DNA from: Podarcis cretensis
Taxonomy: Eukaryota
Length of the DNA: 64,000 nt
Direction: 5' to 3'
NCBI GenBank assembly: GCA_951804945.1
Contig: OX638163.1
Coordinates: forward strand, 47,926,001-47,990,000
Part shown: positions 1-12,440 of the stretch, piece by piece
Layout: each line of letters opens with the position of its first letter
How positions within the stretch are numbered: the stretch's first letter is position 1
Translations under genes and position numbers: made by a program
The notes under the pieces: generated by a model
Databases searched by the model: none
What the model saw: the letters and a program-made list of their open reading frames with translations, nothing else
What the model was told of the DNA's origin: nothing

Positions 1-517
1 GATTTGAGGATGCTTAAGAAATGAAGAGTTGGCACTTTGGTTTCTGGCCTCCCTCCTTGTTACATTATGATGGCAGTAATAAAGGTTTTCTTAATTCCTG
101 GATGAATCTAACAAAATGTGGACAATCCAGGTATGCAGAATTAGCACCCTGCAGGGCTTCAACATTGTCAGGTCAAAGTGGATACATTTACTGTAAATAT
201 GTTTTAAGCAGTAGCATATACAGGGAGGGCGTGAGGCAACAAATGACTTTGGCGAGTGATTAAAACTGTTGGAGTGAAGCAAAGTTCAAGGGTTTCATAC
301 CCCAAAGTCTCTGGGTATTTGCATAGGCCTCCATTTGGATTCTATAAAGGCATATTTGCATGAATTGCTTTGGGGGAGGCGGGTCCTGTACTGCCAATTT
401 AGCACACCTAATTTGCTTACCAGCCGATTACATTATACAGCATCATCCTGAGAGCTTGGAGAATTACTACCATTCAGAGGACAAGGCTGTCAATAACTAC
501 TAGCCCAAATGGCTGTG

Positions 518-525
518 TGTTGTTG

Positions 526-556
<31 letters not shown>

Positions 557-558
557 TG
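518..558. repeat. (TGT)n(TGC)n microsatellite
   Basis: Direct reading. Confidence 0.9.
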
Positions 559-860
559 TTTGCCTGCCCTGACGTCCCAGGGCAAGTCACAACAACTTAA
601 AATACCACATTTAAAACTTGATGAATATTGTATAGTGAAAGTGCCAAGCACTAGGGGAGTGCCAAGCACTCTAGGGGAGGATCTCCACAATTCTGGAGGC
701 AGCAGAACTATCAATAGAACTACCATTGTCTGATCTTCACATCCAAGGAGGTCTTTAGGGAAGGAGGTTGTCTTTGGGGCCAAAGCCATGTAAGGCTTTA
801 AGCACAAATGTGAGCATCTTCAGTTGGGCCTTGGCAAGCAATGCAGCTGTTTTAAAATGG

Positions 861-1116
861 AGAAGAAGAAGAAGAAGAGTTTGGATTTGATATCCCGCCT
901 TTCACTCCCTTTAAGGAGTCTCAAAGCGGCTAACATTCTCCTTTCCCTTCCTCCCCCACAACAAACACTCTGTGAGGTGAGTGGGCCTGAGAGACTTCAG
1001 AGAAGTGAGACTAGCCCAAGGTCACCCAGCAGCTGCATGTGGAGGAGCAGGGAATCGAACCCGGTTCCCCAGATTACGAGTCCACCGCTCTTAACCACTA
1101 CACCACACTGGCTCTC
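861..1116 (-). mobile_element. Squam3-type tRNA-derived SINE (young)
   Basis: On the minus strand: GAGAGCCAGTGTGGTGTAGTGGTTAAGAG head, B-box GGTTCGATTCC, (CTT)n tail. Confidence 0.8.
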
Positions 1117-1629
1117 AACTAAGCGCAAGCCAGACCAGTAACCAGGCTGCTGCATTTGGAACCTGTTGAAGTTAATGTTGGATTCAGGAGGTCAGTTGCT
1201 GGGAATCACAGGTGGAGAGAGTGCTGTTGCGTTCAGATCCTGCTGGAGGGGCCTTCCTATGATGGGCATCTGGCTGGCCACAGAGAGAAAAGGATGCTGG
1301 ACTAGTTAGGCTATGGGCAGAGGTGTATCTTGCCTCAGTTGTTGAAGGCAGTGTGCACTCTCTTTGCTGGGAATTTCAAGTGGGGAGAGCTGTTGTTGCG
1401 CTCAGGTCCTGCATTCAGGCTTCCCGTAATGAGCATCTGGTTGGCCCCTGAGAGAACACCTAATCCAGCATCCTGTTCTCTCAGGGGTCAACCAGATGCC
1501 TATTAAGGGAAGCCCGAATGCAGGATCCAGGCGCAACAACCGCTCTCCTCACTTGCAGTTCCTAGCAACCAGCATTCAGAGAGCACACTGCCTTTAACAA
1601 TGAAGGCAATTTACAGCTATTGTGTCTAG

Positions 1630-1818
1630 CATAGGAGCCAATTCCTTAGGGGTCAAGAGGTCTTTGATATAAAATATTTGATGTGGGCACCACCCTAGAC
1701 TTGATGGGCATTGCCACTCAAATGGCGTCCGTGCACCACATCATGTGATCGATTATGCAGGGCAGGGCTTACTTGGAAATCCCCCCCCCCCAATATTTTA
1801 TTCAAGATGGCACCCATG
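1630..1818. mobile_element. hAT-like MITE family; second copy at about 8996-9179
   Basis: Both copies share CATAGG(A/T)GCCAA.. start, GGCATTGCCA.TCAAATGG, ATATTTTATTCAAG.TGGCACCC end. Confidence 0.6.
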
Positions 1819-1925
1819 GTGACTAGTATCCATTCATAGCCCTGTTCTGTCTCCAGAGCACTCCTCAGACCATCAACAGAGTGCTAATGTTGCACAAAAA
1901 GAGCCCTGCTAGATCAGGCCCACTC

Positions 1926-2200
1926 TAGGGTTGCCATATTTCAAATTCCTGGCACCTGCAAAGTTGTTGCACTTTTTTTTTTAGGAATACCCCAAAATTG
2001 TTGAGTTTTGGGGGGGAAAGCCTCCCCCCAAAATAGTGATTTTAAGCTTCTGGAGCTGTTTCCACTGCTTTTTCCATCACGTTGCCATACATCTGGGTTT
2101 TCCCTGACATTTTGCTGATTCAGCCAAATTCCCCCCTACATCATTTTTACACCTGAAGACCAGGACATGTCAGGAATTTTACTGACGTATGGCAAGCCTA
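1926..2200. mobile_element. hAT-like MITE
   Basis: TAGGGTTGCCATA / TATGGCAAGCCTA ends. Confidence 0.6.
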
Positions 2201-3161
2201 CCCATAGCCTGTCTAGTCCAGGAGCCCCTTTGGCCTGATCTGCTTGCATGGCTCTTCTTGCATTCTTAGGACTTCTGCACTTCTGGCAGCTATCTAGGAT
2301 GGGCTATGGATTGGACAAAGGGAGGCCCACAGCCTGCCCCCAGGGTCCTTCCACAGAGCAGCAGGTAAAAAGGTTTTTCTGTACAAGAGCCCTGAGGGAA
2401 ATATGAATGTTATCAGGCTGTCATTCCTCTGGAGAGGCCATGTGGGAGGAGGGGCATTGTTCAAGCACAGAATGCATGGGGGGGGGGAGCACCCCTATGG
2501 AGCCTGCAACTTCATTGAGGATTCACAAAGCATCACAAGCTGGCTGAGGTTTTCTGATCGCGGCTGTTTCTTCTCCCCATCATTAGCTTCATTGCTGGGG
2601 ACTGGATAAAGGGCTGTACTTTTGGCATTAAGAAGAGGCGTTTGGGGGGGAATCACTGTGATTTCATCGGCAGCGCCCTGTTGAGACAAAGCCTGCTGGA
2701 ACCACTGGGGGGGGGGGGAGGGAGAATGAAATAAAATAAACCTCCCGCTCCTGAGTCATTGTTAACTTGGAGGGCTGATTCATCCCGTAACTGGGACAAC
2801 CACCTCTTCTGCTGGGGAAAATAGAAAAGAAGAGAAAAAGGGCACCCACAGCTTCCATTGATGGCACGGAAGGAGAGACAAGCAGTCTCCAAATCTAGGA
2901 GGCATCCAACACTTTCTCAAACTGCACCTGACAGGAGCTTCATTGGGAAGTGGGCTTAACTTGGTGGGAGAAGAGGGAGCATTGGTGTCAGGCCGGGGAT
3001 ACTGGATAATGCAGGTGTTCTGGCAGAAATGAAATCAGGAGCAGAATTCACTGATTTACACTTGCTGTTCTTCTTTTCATTATAAAAGCAACTACACCTT
3101 TGTATATGTGTTTCCTTTGGACTGTGACTAAGGTCACATCCACTCTGTGCATTTAAACCAA

Positions 3162-3521
3162 GGGACGCAGGTGGCGCTGTGGGTTAAAGCCTCAGCGCCT
3201 AGGACTTGCCGATCGAAAGGTTGGCGGTTCGAATCCCTGCGGCGGGGTGCGCTCCCGCTGCTCGGTCCCAGCGCCTGCCAACCTAGCAGTTCGAAAGCAC
3301 CTCCGGGTGCAAGTAGATAAATAGGGACCGCTTACCAGTGGGAAGGTAAACGGCGTTTCCGTGTGCGGCTCTGGCTCGCCAGAGCAGCGATGTCACGCTG
3401 GCCACGTGACCCGGAAGTGTCTCCGGACAGCGCTGGCCCCTGGCCTCTTAAGTGAGATGGGCGCACAACCCCAGAGTCTGTCAAGACTGGCCCGTACGGG
3501 CAGGGGTACCTTTACCTTTAC
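3162..3521 (+). mobile_element. Sauria SINE
   Basis: GGGACGCAGGTGGCGCTGTGGGTTAAA head, GGTTCGAATCC B box, (ACCTTT)n tail. Confidence 0.92.
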
Positions 3522-5045
3522 TTTTTAATACCACTTCAAAAAGCTGTGGCTCCCCCCAAAATAATTAAGGAGCTGTCGTTTGCTTAGAGTTGTTAGGTGG
3601 CTATTCTCCCTTGTCCCCTTCCCGAGATACATTCCCACAGTGCCCTGGGGAAAGGGATTGATTGTTAAACTTATCTGGAAACTGTAGCTCTGGGAGGGTA
3701 ATAGGGTCTCCTAACAACTCACCACACCCTTAGCAAACTACAGCTCCCAGAATTCTTTGGCTGTTCAAAGTGGTATCATAGTGCTTCAGAGTAACGGTAT
3801 GAAGCTGGCTTTGGAGTAGGACAGTGTCTTATCTTCTAGCAAAGCCTGTTTATTTATTTATTTCAGTGACATAGCAGAAGTTCCTGGTGGAAGGGACGAA
3901 CAACTGGGTTGCAACCAGGCGCTGTACTTAGGAACCAGCCTGGCAAATGAGTCCTTGGTGGACTGGGAATTCTCCTTGGCTGAGATCAGGAAAGCAAGGG
4001 TAGCTTGCAAACAAGTTGTGCTGAAAGAGCCTTGGAGCATTCCCTAAATGGCAATGTCTTCTAAAGCAGCTTAGAATTTCAGGTAAAATAAGGGAGATAC
4101 AAATCTCCAGAGGTAATTATTTTTAATTTCAGCTGATTAACTGCACTCCAAAGAGCTGGCAAGAGCCAAAGCACAGACCAGCCTAGGGAAAAGCTTAAAA
4201 AGACCTAGCCATTCTGCAGATAAATGCCTCATTTCTTTGCCCTGCCAAAAGCAAAATAATAATAAAATACATTTTTCTATCTTATTTTGATGCACAGTTC
4301 AATTTATGAACATAGCTTGTAAGAGAAAGGAGCAAAATCTGGAGCTAAGACATTTTCTAACTTCAGTGCACCCCTGCACGGATTCTGGTAATTTTTCAGA
4401 GGGTTACTGCGAGTGGTTCAGCTTTGCTTATAAACTTTCAGTGTTCTTTCCAATGTTAGTCCTGCTTAGAAGAGACCTATTATAGTTAACACAGGTGGCT
4501 AACTTGGGTTCATTCATTCCAACAGGTCTACTTCAAGTAGCACTAGCATTGCATACCATAGTGTACTTACACCCAGAAGATGTATTCTAAGGGGTGGATG
4601 TGGCCCTCAACATTTCTCCCTTTGGCCCTGGGAACTGTCTCAAGGCCATGCCCTTCCCTGCCCCCATTTGTTTTTGTTTTTTTTCCATGGCTGGAATGTA
4701 CCCTTGAACACTGATCATTTCTCTTGCTTGCCTGTATATAAGAATAGAGAAGGGCATGTGAATGTGTGTATAAACAGCCCAGTACATAATTGTAAAAATT
4801 ACACACATTGCTGTGCCCATGTCTGCCTATGGCTATGCCCACCACTGTCATGGGACTCTCAGAAAGTTGCCTATAAGGGAATGTTGCCCTTGGGCAGAGT
4901 AGGGTAAATAGTATTGTTGCATGCCACACCAATCTCCAAGCAGTGCAAGATTCCATGTGTTCTGGGTGCTTACACAGGTTTGTGTTTCCTTCGTGAATGA
5001 GGCTCAGCAGAGACTGTAGTGCCTTTAGGATATATTGCTTATATA

Positions 5046-5397
5046 AAAAGGTAAAGGGACCTCTGACCATTAGGTCCAGTCGTGACCGACTCTGGGGTTG
5101 CAGCACTCATCTCGCTTTATTGGCCGAGGGAGCCGGCATACAGCTTCCGGGTCATGTGGCCAGCATGACTAAGCCGCTTCTGGCACACCAGAGCAGCGCA
5201 TGGAAACACCGTTTACCTTCCTGCCAGAGCGGTACCTATTTATCTACTTGCACTTGGACGTGCTTTTGAACTGCTAGGTTGGCAGGAGCAGGAACTGAAC
5301 AATGGGAGCTCACCCCGTCACGGGGATTCGAAACGCCGACCTTCTGATTGGCAAGTCCTAGACTCTGTGGTTTAACCCACAGCGCCACCCGCGTCCC
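5046..5397 (-). mobile_element. Sauria SINE
   Basis: Full length. 12-bp TSD ATTGCTTATATA at 5034-5045 and 5399-5410. Confidence 0.93.
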
Positions 5398-6482
5398 AAT
5401 TGCTTATATACCCCTATATATAATCTGAGTTTATGGTGGATAACAGCCCAGAAGGTCTTGCTTTTCCCATAGGCACAAGCAGGAATCAAGCATGGCTCTC
5501 CCTCTCTGGCTTCTGCCTGCTTTTAACTTCCTGCTCTCTCACACACTCAGCTCTGGCTATTGTCTTTCTCACTGCCATCCAGGTGAGGGGAGGGAGCCCA
5601 CCCACCCACACCCAAGTGTCTTCTGGCACAGAGCAGCTTCCTTTGTCAGACTAATGACCATGCTTAAGTGGTAACAATGACCGTTGTCTGACTAATTCAA
5701 CAAATGAATCCTCGGTTAGATTTTTAACCTTTGCTGGATTCAGGAACACAGGAATTACAAGGGACTCAGGCATCATGCAAGCTAACCTTCCAAACTCACA
5801 GCAATATTCTAAATGGGGACTGACTTCCTGTTATGCAGGTTGTGGGTGCAGCAAGAGGAGGAGGAAGCAAGCTAGCACCACCAGGCAACTGAACATACCA
5901 TACCATGCAGCATAGGAATCTCTTTATAGCCACCTACATCAGGTGTTTATGGGCCCTGGAACTGCACAGTAGAAGGAGGAGGCCAGTGCTCTGGATGTGG
6001 GCTTTCTGGGTGTGTCTGGTTGTCCCACTACAGAAAACAGGACACTGAGATAATGGGACCCTTGATGGGATCTCTTTTCATGACAGGAAGCAAGAGCAGG
6101 TGAGATAGACCTGAGAGCAGCATGTTCAGATGTCTTTAGACAAGATGGAAACTCCTTTGGAAATATCTTTGTGCCTTTCAAACATCTTCCAAGAAGCACC
6201 CCTGGGGAATCAGGCTCTTAGGCTAGCATTGTTTTTTAAACTTTTTTTTTTAGATTTTTGAGTAATGTACAGTGGGAAAACTTCACAGGAAGATCAGAGA
6301 ATTATGGCACAAAAATGGTAGTTAAGAGGTGAATTATTTTGCTGCAATTCTACACGCATGTACAAAATCCTTTCATGTAGGACTGTTTCTGGACTTCTTG
6401 CTTAACAGAAGAAGCTGGCATTGTCTTGATAAGCTTATGGACTTCACAATCTCAATTTTATTTCTACCACACCATTAACGGC

Positions 6483-6871
6483 TAAGGGAGCTGGGCATGT
6501 TTAGCCTGGAGAAGAGGAGGTTAAGGGGTGATATGATAGCCATGTTCAAATATATAAAAGGATGTCACATAGAGGAGGGAGAAAGGTTGTTTTCTGCTGC
6601 TCCAGAGAAGCGGACACGGAGCAATGGTTCCAAACTATAAGAAAGAAGATTCCACCTAAACATTAGGAAGAACTTCCTGACAGTAAGAGCTGTTCGACAG
6701 TGGAATTTGCTGCCAAGGAGTGTGGTGGAGTCTCCTTCTTTGGAGGTCTTTAAGCAGAGGCTTGACAACCATATGTCAGGAGTGCTCTGATGGTGTTTCC
6801 TGCTTGGCAGGGGGTTGGACTCGATGGCCCTTGTGGTCTCTTCCAACTCTATGATTCTATGATTCTATGAT
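6483..6871 (+). mobile_element. Young CR1 LINE 3' fragment
   Basis: RT C-terminal [17 protein letters not shown]-type sequence and an (ATTCTATG)n tail. Confidence 0.92.
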
Positions 6872-7110
6872 TAAGCATACTAGGCCTTTCACTCATTAGG
6901 CTAACTCTTCCCCATTCCTGTCTCTGCCTGGGATATGTGGGGGGTGTGTGTGTTTCATTATTGAGTCATACATGGGATGCATCTCTGGCTTCTGCTGAAA
7001 TATTTTCCCCTCTCCTGCTGCAGAAATAATTCTCATTTGCTTCACAAACAATAACCCCACACTGTGTTTCTTCACCATCAAAATGACAATGCACTGTCTA
7101 CTAACTTTCA

Positions 7111-8576
7111 TTTTTTAAAACAACAACAATATTTTTATTGATTTTCCATTTTTAACAATTTTATAACATCATAACACTTTTTATAAAATCTTCTGGTTTT
7201 CTTATAACACATTATTATCTCCACACATTTATAACATCTCAGTTCTATATATATCTTAACTTATTAACCAACCTTAATCACAAATAGAATCTTTCTTCTT
7301 TTAAACGTTATGGCTTTTATCTCAGTCCTGCTAGTGTCTCTATAAGTGTACAATGATTCTCAATGTATTGTATAAATTTACTCCACTGTCTCTGGAACGC
7401 TTGGTCGCTCTGGTTTTGAATTTTCCCGGTCAGCTTTGCCAGTTCCACATAGTCCATCATCTTCATCTGCCATTCTTCAACCGTTGGTAACTCCTGCTGT
7501 TTTCATTTTTGGCCTGTTAAGGTTCTAGCTGCCGTTGTGGCATATATAAACAGTTTTTGATCTACTTTTGATATTTCCACTCCTATCATTCCCAGCAAGA
7601 ACGCTTCTGTTTTTGGGGGGAAGGCGTACCTAAACATTTTTTTTTAATTCATTGTAAATACTTTCCCAAAATACTTTAACTTTATCACAGGTCCACCACA
7701 TATGATAAAAATCTCCTTCTTTAACATTACATTTCCAACAATTCTTATTTCTCATTTTTGGTAATTTAGTTGGTGTCTAGTACCATCTATACATCATTTT
7801 CATTATATTTTCTTTCAATGCCATACATGCGCTGAATTTCATTCCAACATTCCATAATTTTGACCAGTTTTCAAATTGAATATTGTGCCCAATATCTTTT
7901 GCCTATTTTATCATTACTTCCTTAACCTCTTCCTCTTTTGTATACCATTCCAAAAGTAAATCATACATTTTCGATAATATTTTTGTTTTACCTTCCAACA
8001 GATCGGTTTTTAGCTTCAATCTAAAGTCTCAGAGCCATTCTTACTTTTATCTTTTTAAAATATATCATAGAATCATAGAATCATAGAGTTGGAAGAGACC
8101 ACAAGAGCCATCAAGTCCAACCCCCTGCCAAGCAGGAAAATATCATTTATTTGATGATATTGCAACCAACCTGTTAACTTATCACTCGTTTCATCATATG
8201 GCTTCATTTTTAACTCATTATCCATTTCTGTTAGCAACTCCCCATATGTAGGCCAATTACCTTTTATGTTTAATATTTTAACTGATATTGCTTCTACTGG
8301 TGATATCCAACATGGTGTTTTCCGCTCTAATAGATCTTTGTATCTTGTCCATACCTCATAAAGTGGTTTTCTTATAGCGTAGTTCAAAAAACCTCTATGA
8401 ACTTTAACTTTGTCATACTGTAGATATGCATGCCACCCGAATCTGTTGCCACAACCTTCTAAATCCAATACATCTGTATTTTCTAATTTCATCCAATCCC
8501 TTAGCCAGGTCAGGCAGGACACTTCATAGTATATCTTTAAGTCTGGCAATAAGAATCCACCCCTTTCTTTTTTGTC
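7111..8576 (-). mobile_element. 5'-truncated L1 (ORF2 C-terminus and 3' UTR)
   Basis: Peptide PDLKIYYE...FGWHAYL is homologous to the ORF2 at 59366-60652. 17-bp TSD CTGTCT(A/G)CTAACTTTCA at 7094-7110 and 8577-8593. Confidence 0.9.
8064..8139 (-). mobile_element. Very short CR1 3' end nested in the L1
   Basis: (ATCATAGA)n tail plus sequence nearly identical to the reverse complement of the CR1 3' end at 6797-6871. Confidence 0.85.
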
Positions 8577-9415
8577 CTGTCTGCTAACTTTCAGCTGTCC
8601 ACATTACCACTACCTCCCTGACAAAATGTAAGTCACTTTAGGCAAAAAAAATGGTAGGGGGGGAAATGCCTAGTGGACAGGCATGCTCAGCTTGGACAGT
8701 CTAGAACCCTCCTTGCTTGTTTTATTTTTTTCTGCCATTCTGGTTCATGAAGTGTCACTTTGGTGCCTGTTGACCTGCCGTGTCTTTGTGTCTTGTTGCA
8801 GTCAGTGTGATCAATGCCCTCAGAACAATTGCCTTGCCATGTAACAATGGGGTGACAAAACAGCCAATTCCTGCTGCTTGCAAGAGCTCCTCTCATTTCC
8901 TAAATAGTTTATCACCTTTGCCTTTTGTGGATAAGTGTCCCCCCACCACACACACAAACCCCAAACTAAAGATTCTCAAACTGCCCATATGGGAACATAG
9001 GTGCCAACTCCTAGTAGCCGTGGTCACTCTGCCCCCCCCCCCCGTACAATATTTGAGAGGCCAGGGACCCCAAAGTGAATAGGCATTGCCATTCAAATGG
9101 GATGTGTAGACCACACCATGTGATTGATTAGCAGGGCTTACCTGCCCCCCCCCATATTTTATTCAAGTTGGCACCCCTGTATGGGAGTGTTTGGGCTGTT
9201 TATTCAAAACAGTCCTTCGGGATTCAGTTTTCTTCCAAAGCAAGGCAGTCTGTAGGGGCTCGAGTGCTTGATTTGATTTGGGAGGAGGTCTGAGGGTGGC
9301 AAGTTTAGTAGACTGGTATTTGCTGCAATCCTGAGACATATGGGGAATTTTTGACCAGGGATCCCAACCAGCTCATCCCACAGTGGACCATATTGCAGGG
9401 TTCCTATAAGCACTC

Positions 9416-9418
<3 letters not shown>

Positions 9419-9453
<35 letters not shown>
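9419..9453. repeat. (CT)n microsatellite
   Basis: Direct reading. Confidence 0.9.
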
Positions 9454-9458
<5 letters not shown>

Positions 9459-11116
9459 AGCCTGCCAGCTTTCAACTATAACAGTGAACTGCAGGGGTGG
9501 TTGCAAACCATATCGGTCTACCATTCAATACAGGGACTTTCTGCCAGTATGGATTCCATAATCTTGTACTTAGAGGTATACTCTGACTGAACATGGAGGG
9601 TCCTTTTGGCTATCATGGCATATTGGAGGAGTTTGTGAGGGTGGAATGAAAGAAAGGTATTATGGGCATGGCATGGCGGGTACGAGGGAGGGACTTGTAG
9701 ACCCCCACTTTCTCAGGGCACAGGAGAGCTGACTTATACCACTGGTGCATCTGCCTCAGTATTGGCAACATTTAAATCACTTCTCACTAGCCAAATCCAG
9801 CACTTGGGCCTCATCCACACTTCTGCTTGTACCATGTTTTCTAGGCATGAGTCCACTGTTTACCTCGGAATCATAACAAACATCAATTGAGTTTACTGTG
9901 GACTGACATTTGTTCTGATTCAACTGTAAAAAGTGGGATTTCCTGGGGAAAGTGGGGGGGGGTCAAATGAAAAGCCCATTGGACCCCTTCATAGAAAGTA
10001 AAGAACTAGTGGAACAAAACAGGGACCAAACAGTTACAAGCAAAAGCCTGGTGCTCCACTGACCTGCCTGCAGCCTGGCTGCACTTTTAAATGTTCAAAA
10101 ATCAAGAATACTTAAATAAGGTTTTGCAAAGAAGGGAAGACCCAAGTTAGAGCAGCAACTCCCATCTCTGATGCTATCTTTTGTGATTCACTCTCACCCG
10201 CAACCTCAGGTAACACCTACACACCAGGGATACATCACCACATTTTGTTGCAGGGGCCCTGCTTGCTCTGAACTAATTGCCAGAGTTCTGCCACATATTA
10301 AACCCAAAATGAATTGAAAAGTCATTAGGCTGGATATTAGTGAAAGGAAGGGGAGGCTTACGGTCCAGGGAGGATGAAACAGAAGCTAAGAATTCACAGC
10401 TAGCAGAGGCAATGTATGCATAATTCATGCTTTTATTACAAGAGACGTTAATATTTGTTCCTTTAATTTACTGAGTTCAGCCTGTTCTACTGAGTTAAGT
10501 ACAGGGCATTGTACTGAAGGTCAAGTGAGATGCTGGCATTTGATACCCTGGCATTAAAACTTCTCTTCCACTATTGTACCGAGGGTGGTTTTTTTGGAGC
10601 ATATTGACTTGTGAGAAGTACCAATTAAAGTCTGGGAAGTTAGCTTCCCCATGGCCACACCCTGATATCTGTCTCTTGCAATGACAAAGGGGGCTTCAAG
10701 GCTGACATGATAGCAAAGATTGAAAGTCCTGAGTTTAGGGAGTGGGTTGGGAAGTCTGATCCAGGCAGTGCTCAGCCTATCTTCCTATATGCATAAAAAG
10801 GTGTCATCATGCTCTGCAGTTTGTGTGGCCCCCAATAGACAGCCATGCCAACTGTAGCATGAGCAATAGCCAAATGGCCCAAGCAAATTGTTTAATGAAG
10901 GGAAGGGGAAGTGCTGTGAAGCACCTTCCCCTTTCCATTAAGCACACCTGCAGCGAAGTTTAATGCAAGGGGGAGGCCCTTCCCACAGCTGTTTAGCAAA
11001 CTGCTCTTAGAAGTGCTTCACCCTCTTTCAAAATGGGGTGGTTGGGGTGATAGACAAGGGGGTTGAGGAAGGAGGGGAGGGGTTTTGCGAGACAGGTAAG
11101 TGAGTGAGTGACTGGG

Positions 11117-11721
11117 TGCAATGGACTGGTTGGATGCAGAGGAATTGTGGGAGGCACCAGTTGAGAAACCCCCAAGGGAAGAAGGCTCAGAACCAAGGGA
11201 TTTGTAGTGGGGTGTTGGTAAGTGGTCAACAGGAGAAGAGGGAGAAGACTGGGAGGAGGAGGTGTTAGAAGCCAAAGAGGTAACAGGGTTTGGTGAGCAG
11301 GGAGAGTCTGTGGCAGAGTGAAGTCCAGAATCAGAGGCAGAAGCTGAAGCAGGAGAGCAGGAGGTCCAAAGGCAGGGATGAGTCAGGCTGGTACAGAGTC
11401 ATGGGTATCTCCCCCTCCTGCTGCAAAAAGATCCCCTCCCCACTTGTCTCCCAAAACCAGAAGAGGCATGAAAAGGGCGGAGGAGAGGTTGGCGGCATGC
11501 AGGCTTGATCTCTGATTGCTTGAAAAAGGCCCTGGAGAGGAGAGGACTTAGACAGCTGTGAGATGGAAGGGACCTTTAGCAACTGCTTCATGGGGACAAG
11601 ACCTCTTGGTGATGATTGCTGTGCTCATTAGACGCAACCCTCCTGTGTTGATTGTGGTTTTGCTAATAAAGAGTTAACTCCAACTTACAAGGTGTGATTT
11701 ACTGCTGGCTTCCTCTTGTGA
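11117..11721 (+). mobile_element. Solo LTR of the same family, nested in a second LTR-like sequence extending to about 12175
   Basis: Homologous to the reverse complement of 28462-29044. Contains AATAAAGAGTTAACTCC. Flanks CTGGG/GTGGG. Confidence 0.65.
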
Positions 11722-12219
11722 GTGGGTGGGGAGTGAGGGATAAAGGGAGGGTGTTTGGTTAGGTGTGGGAGAAGGGCAAAGGGATAAACATGATTGATGA
11801 GCAGAGCAAGCAGGGGTGGTGGCCCCTAGTACAAAAAAATATTGTTATGAGTTGTGAGTTGCAAGCAGAGTTGCATTTGGGATAGCAGTTGTGGGATAAT
11901 GTGAGCTAGAGAAAATAGTTGCTGTCTGTAAAACACAGCAAGCTGAAGGGAGGCCAAGCCATGGCTAGTGTGTTTTTGCATACATTGGCTGCTGTGTTTA
12001 TGTGAGAAGCAAGACCCTCTTGGGGTGTGAATGTTGTGAATTCCACCATCATAGGCTCTGGTTGTTTATACATGTATCGGTAAATCATATATAATAAAGA
12101 CACAATCTCTGCTGTGCCTCATTTCCAAAGGAAACATGAACCCCTTATAGGTGCATGGACCCTTGGAATCTCACACTACTCAGAGATTGGTGTGGCAGAT
12201 AGCAATGTACAATTTTGTT

Positions 12220-12440
12220 GAGTGTGGTGTAGTGGTGAGTGTCCGACTAGGACCTGGGAAACCAGGGTTTGAATCCCCACACAGTCATGAAGCTCACGAG
12301 GTGACCTCTCTGCCTAACCTACCTCACAGGGTTGTTGTGGGGATTAAATGAGAAGCGGGAGAACCACGTGCACCACCTTGAGCTCCTTGGAGGGAAATTA
12401 TGCTGGGATATAAACACAATGAATGAATAAATAATAAATA
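12220..12440 (+). mobile_element. Older MIR/Squam3-like SINE
   Basis: GTGTGGTGTAGTGG head, GGTTTGAATCC B box, CTCACAGGGTTGTTGTG core, AATA tail. Confidence 0.7.

Noticed and set aside
490-807. Poly-Q and poly-C ORFs
   Set aside because: Translation of a (TGT/TGC)n microsatellite.
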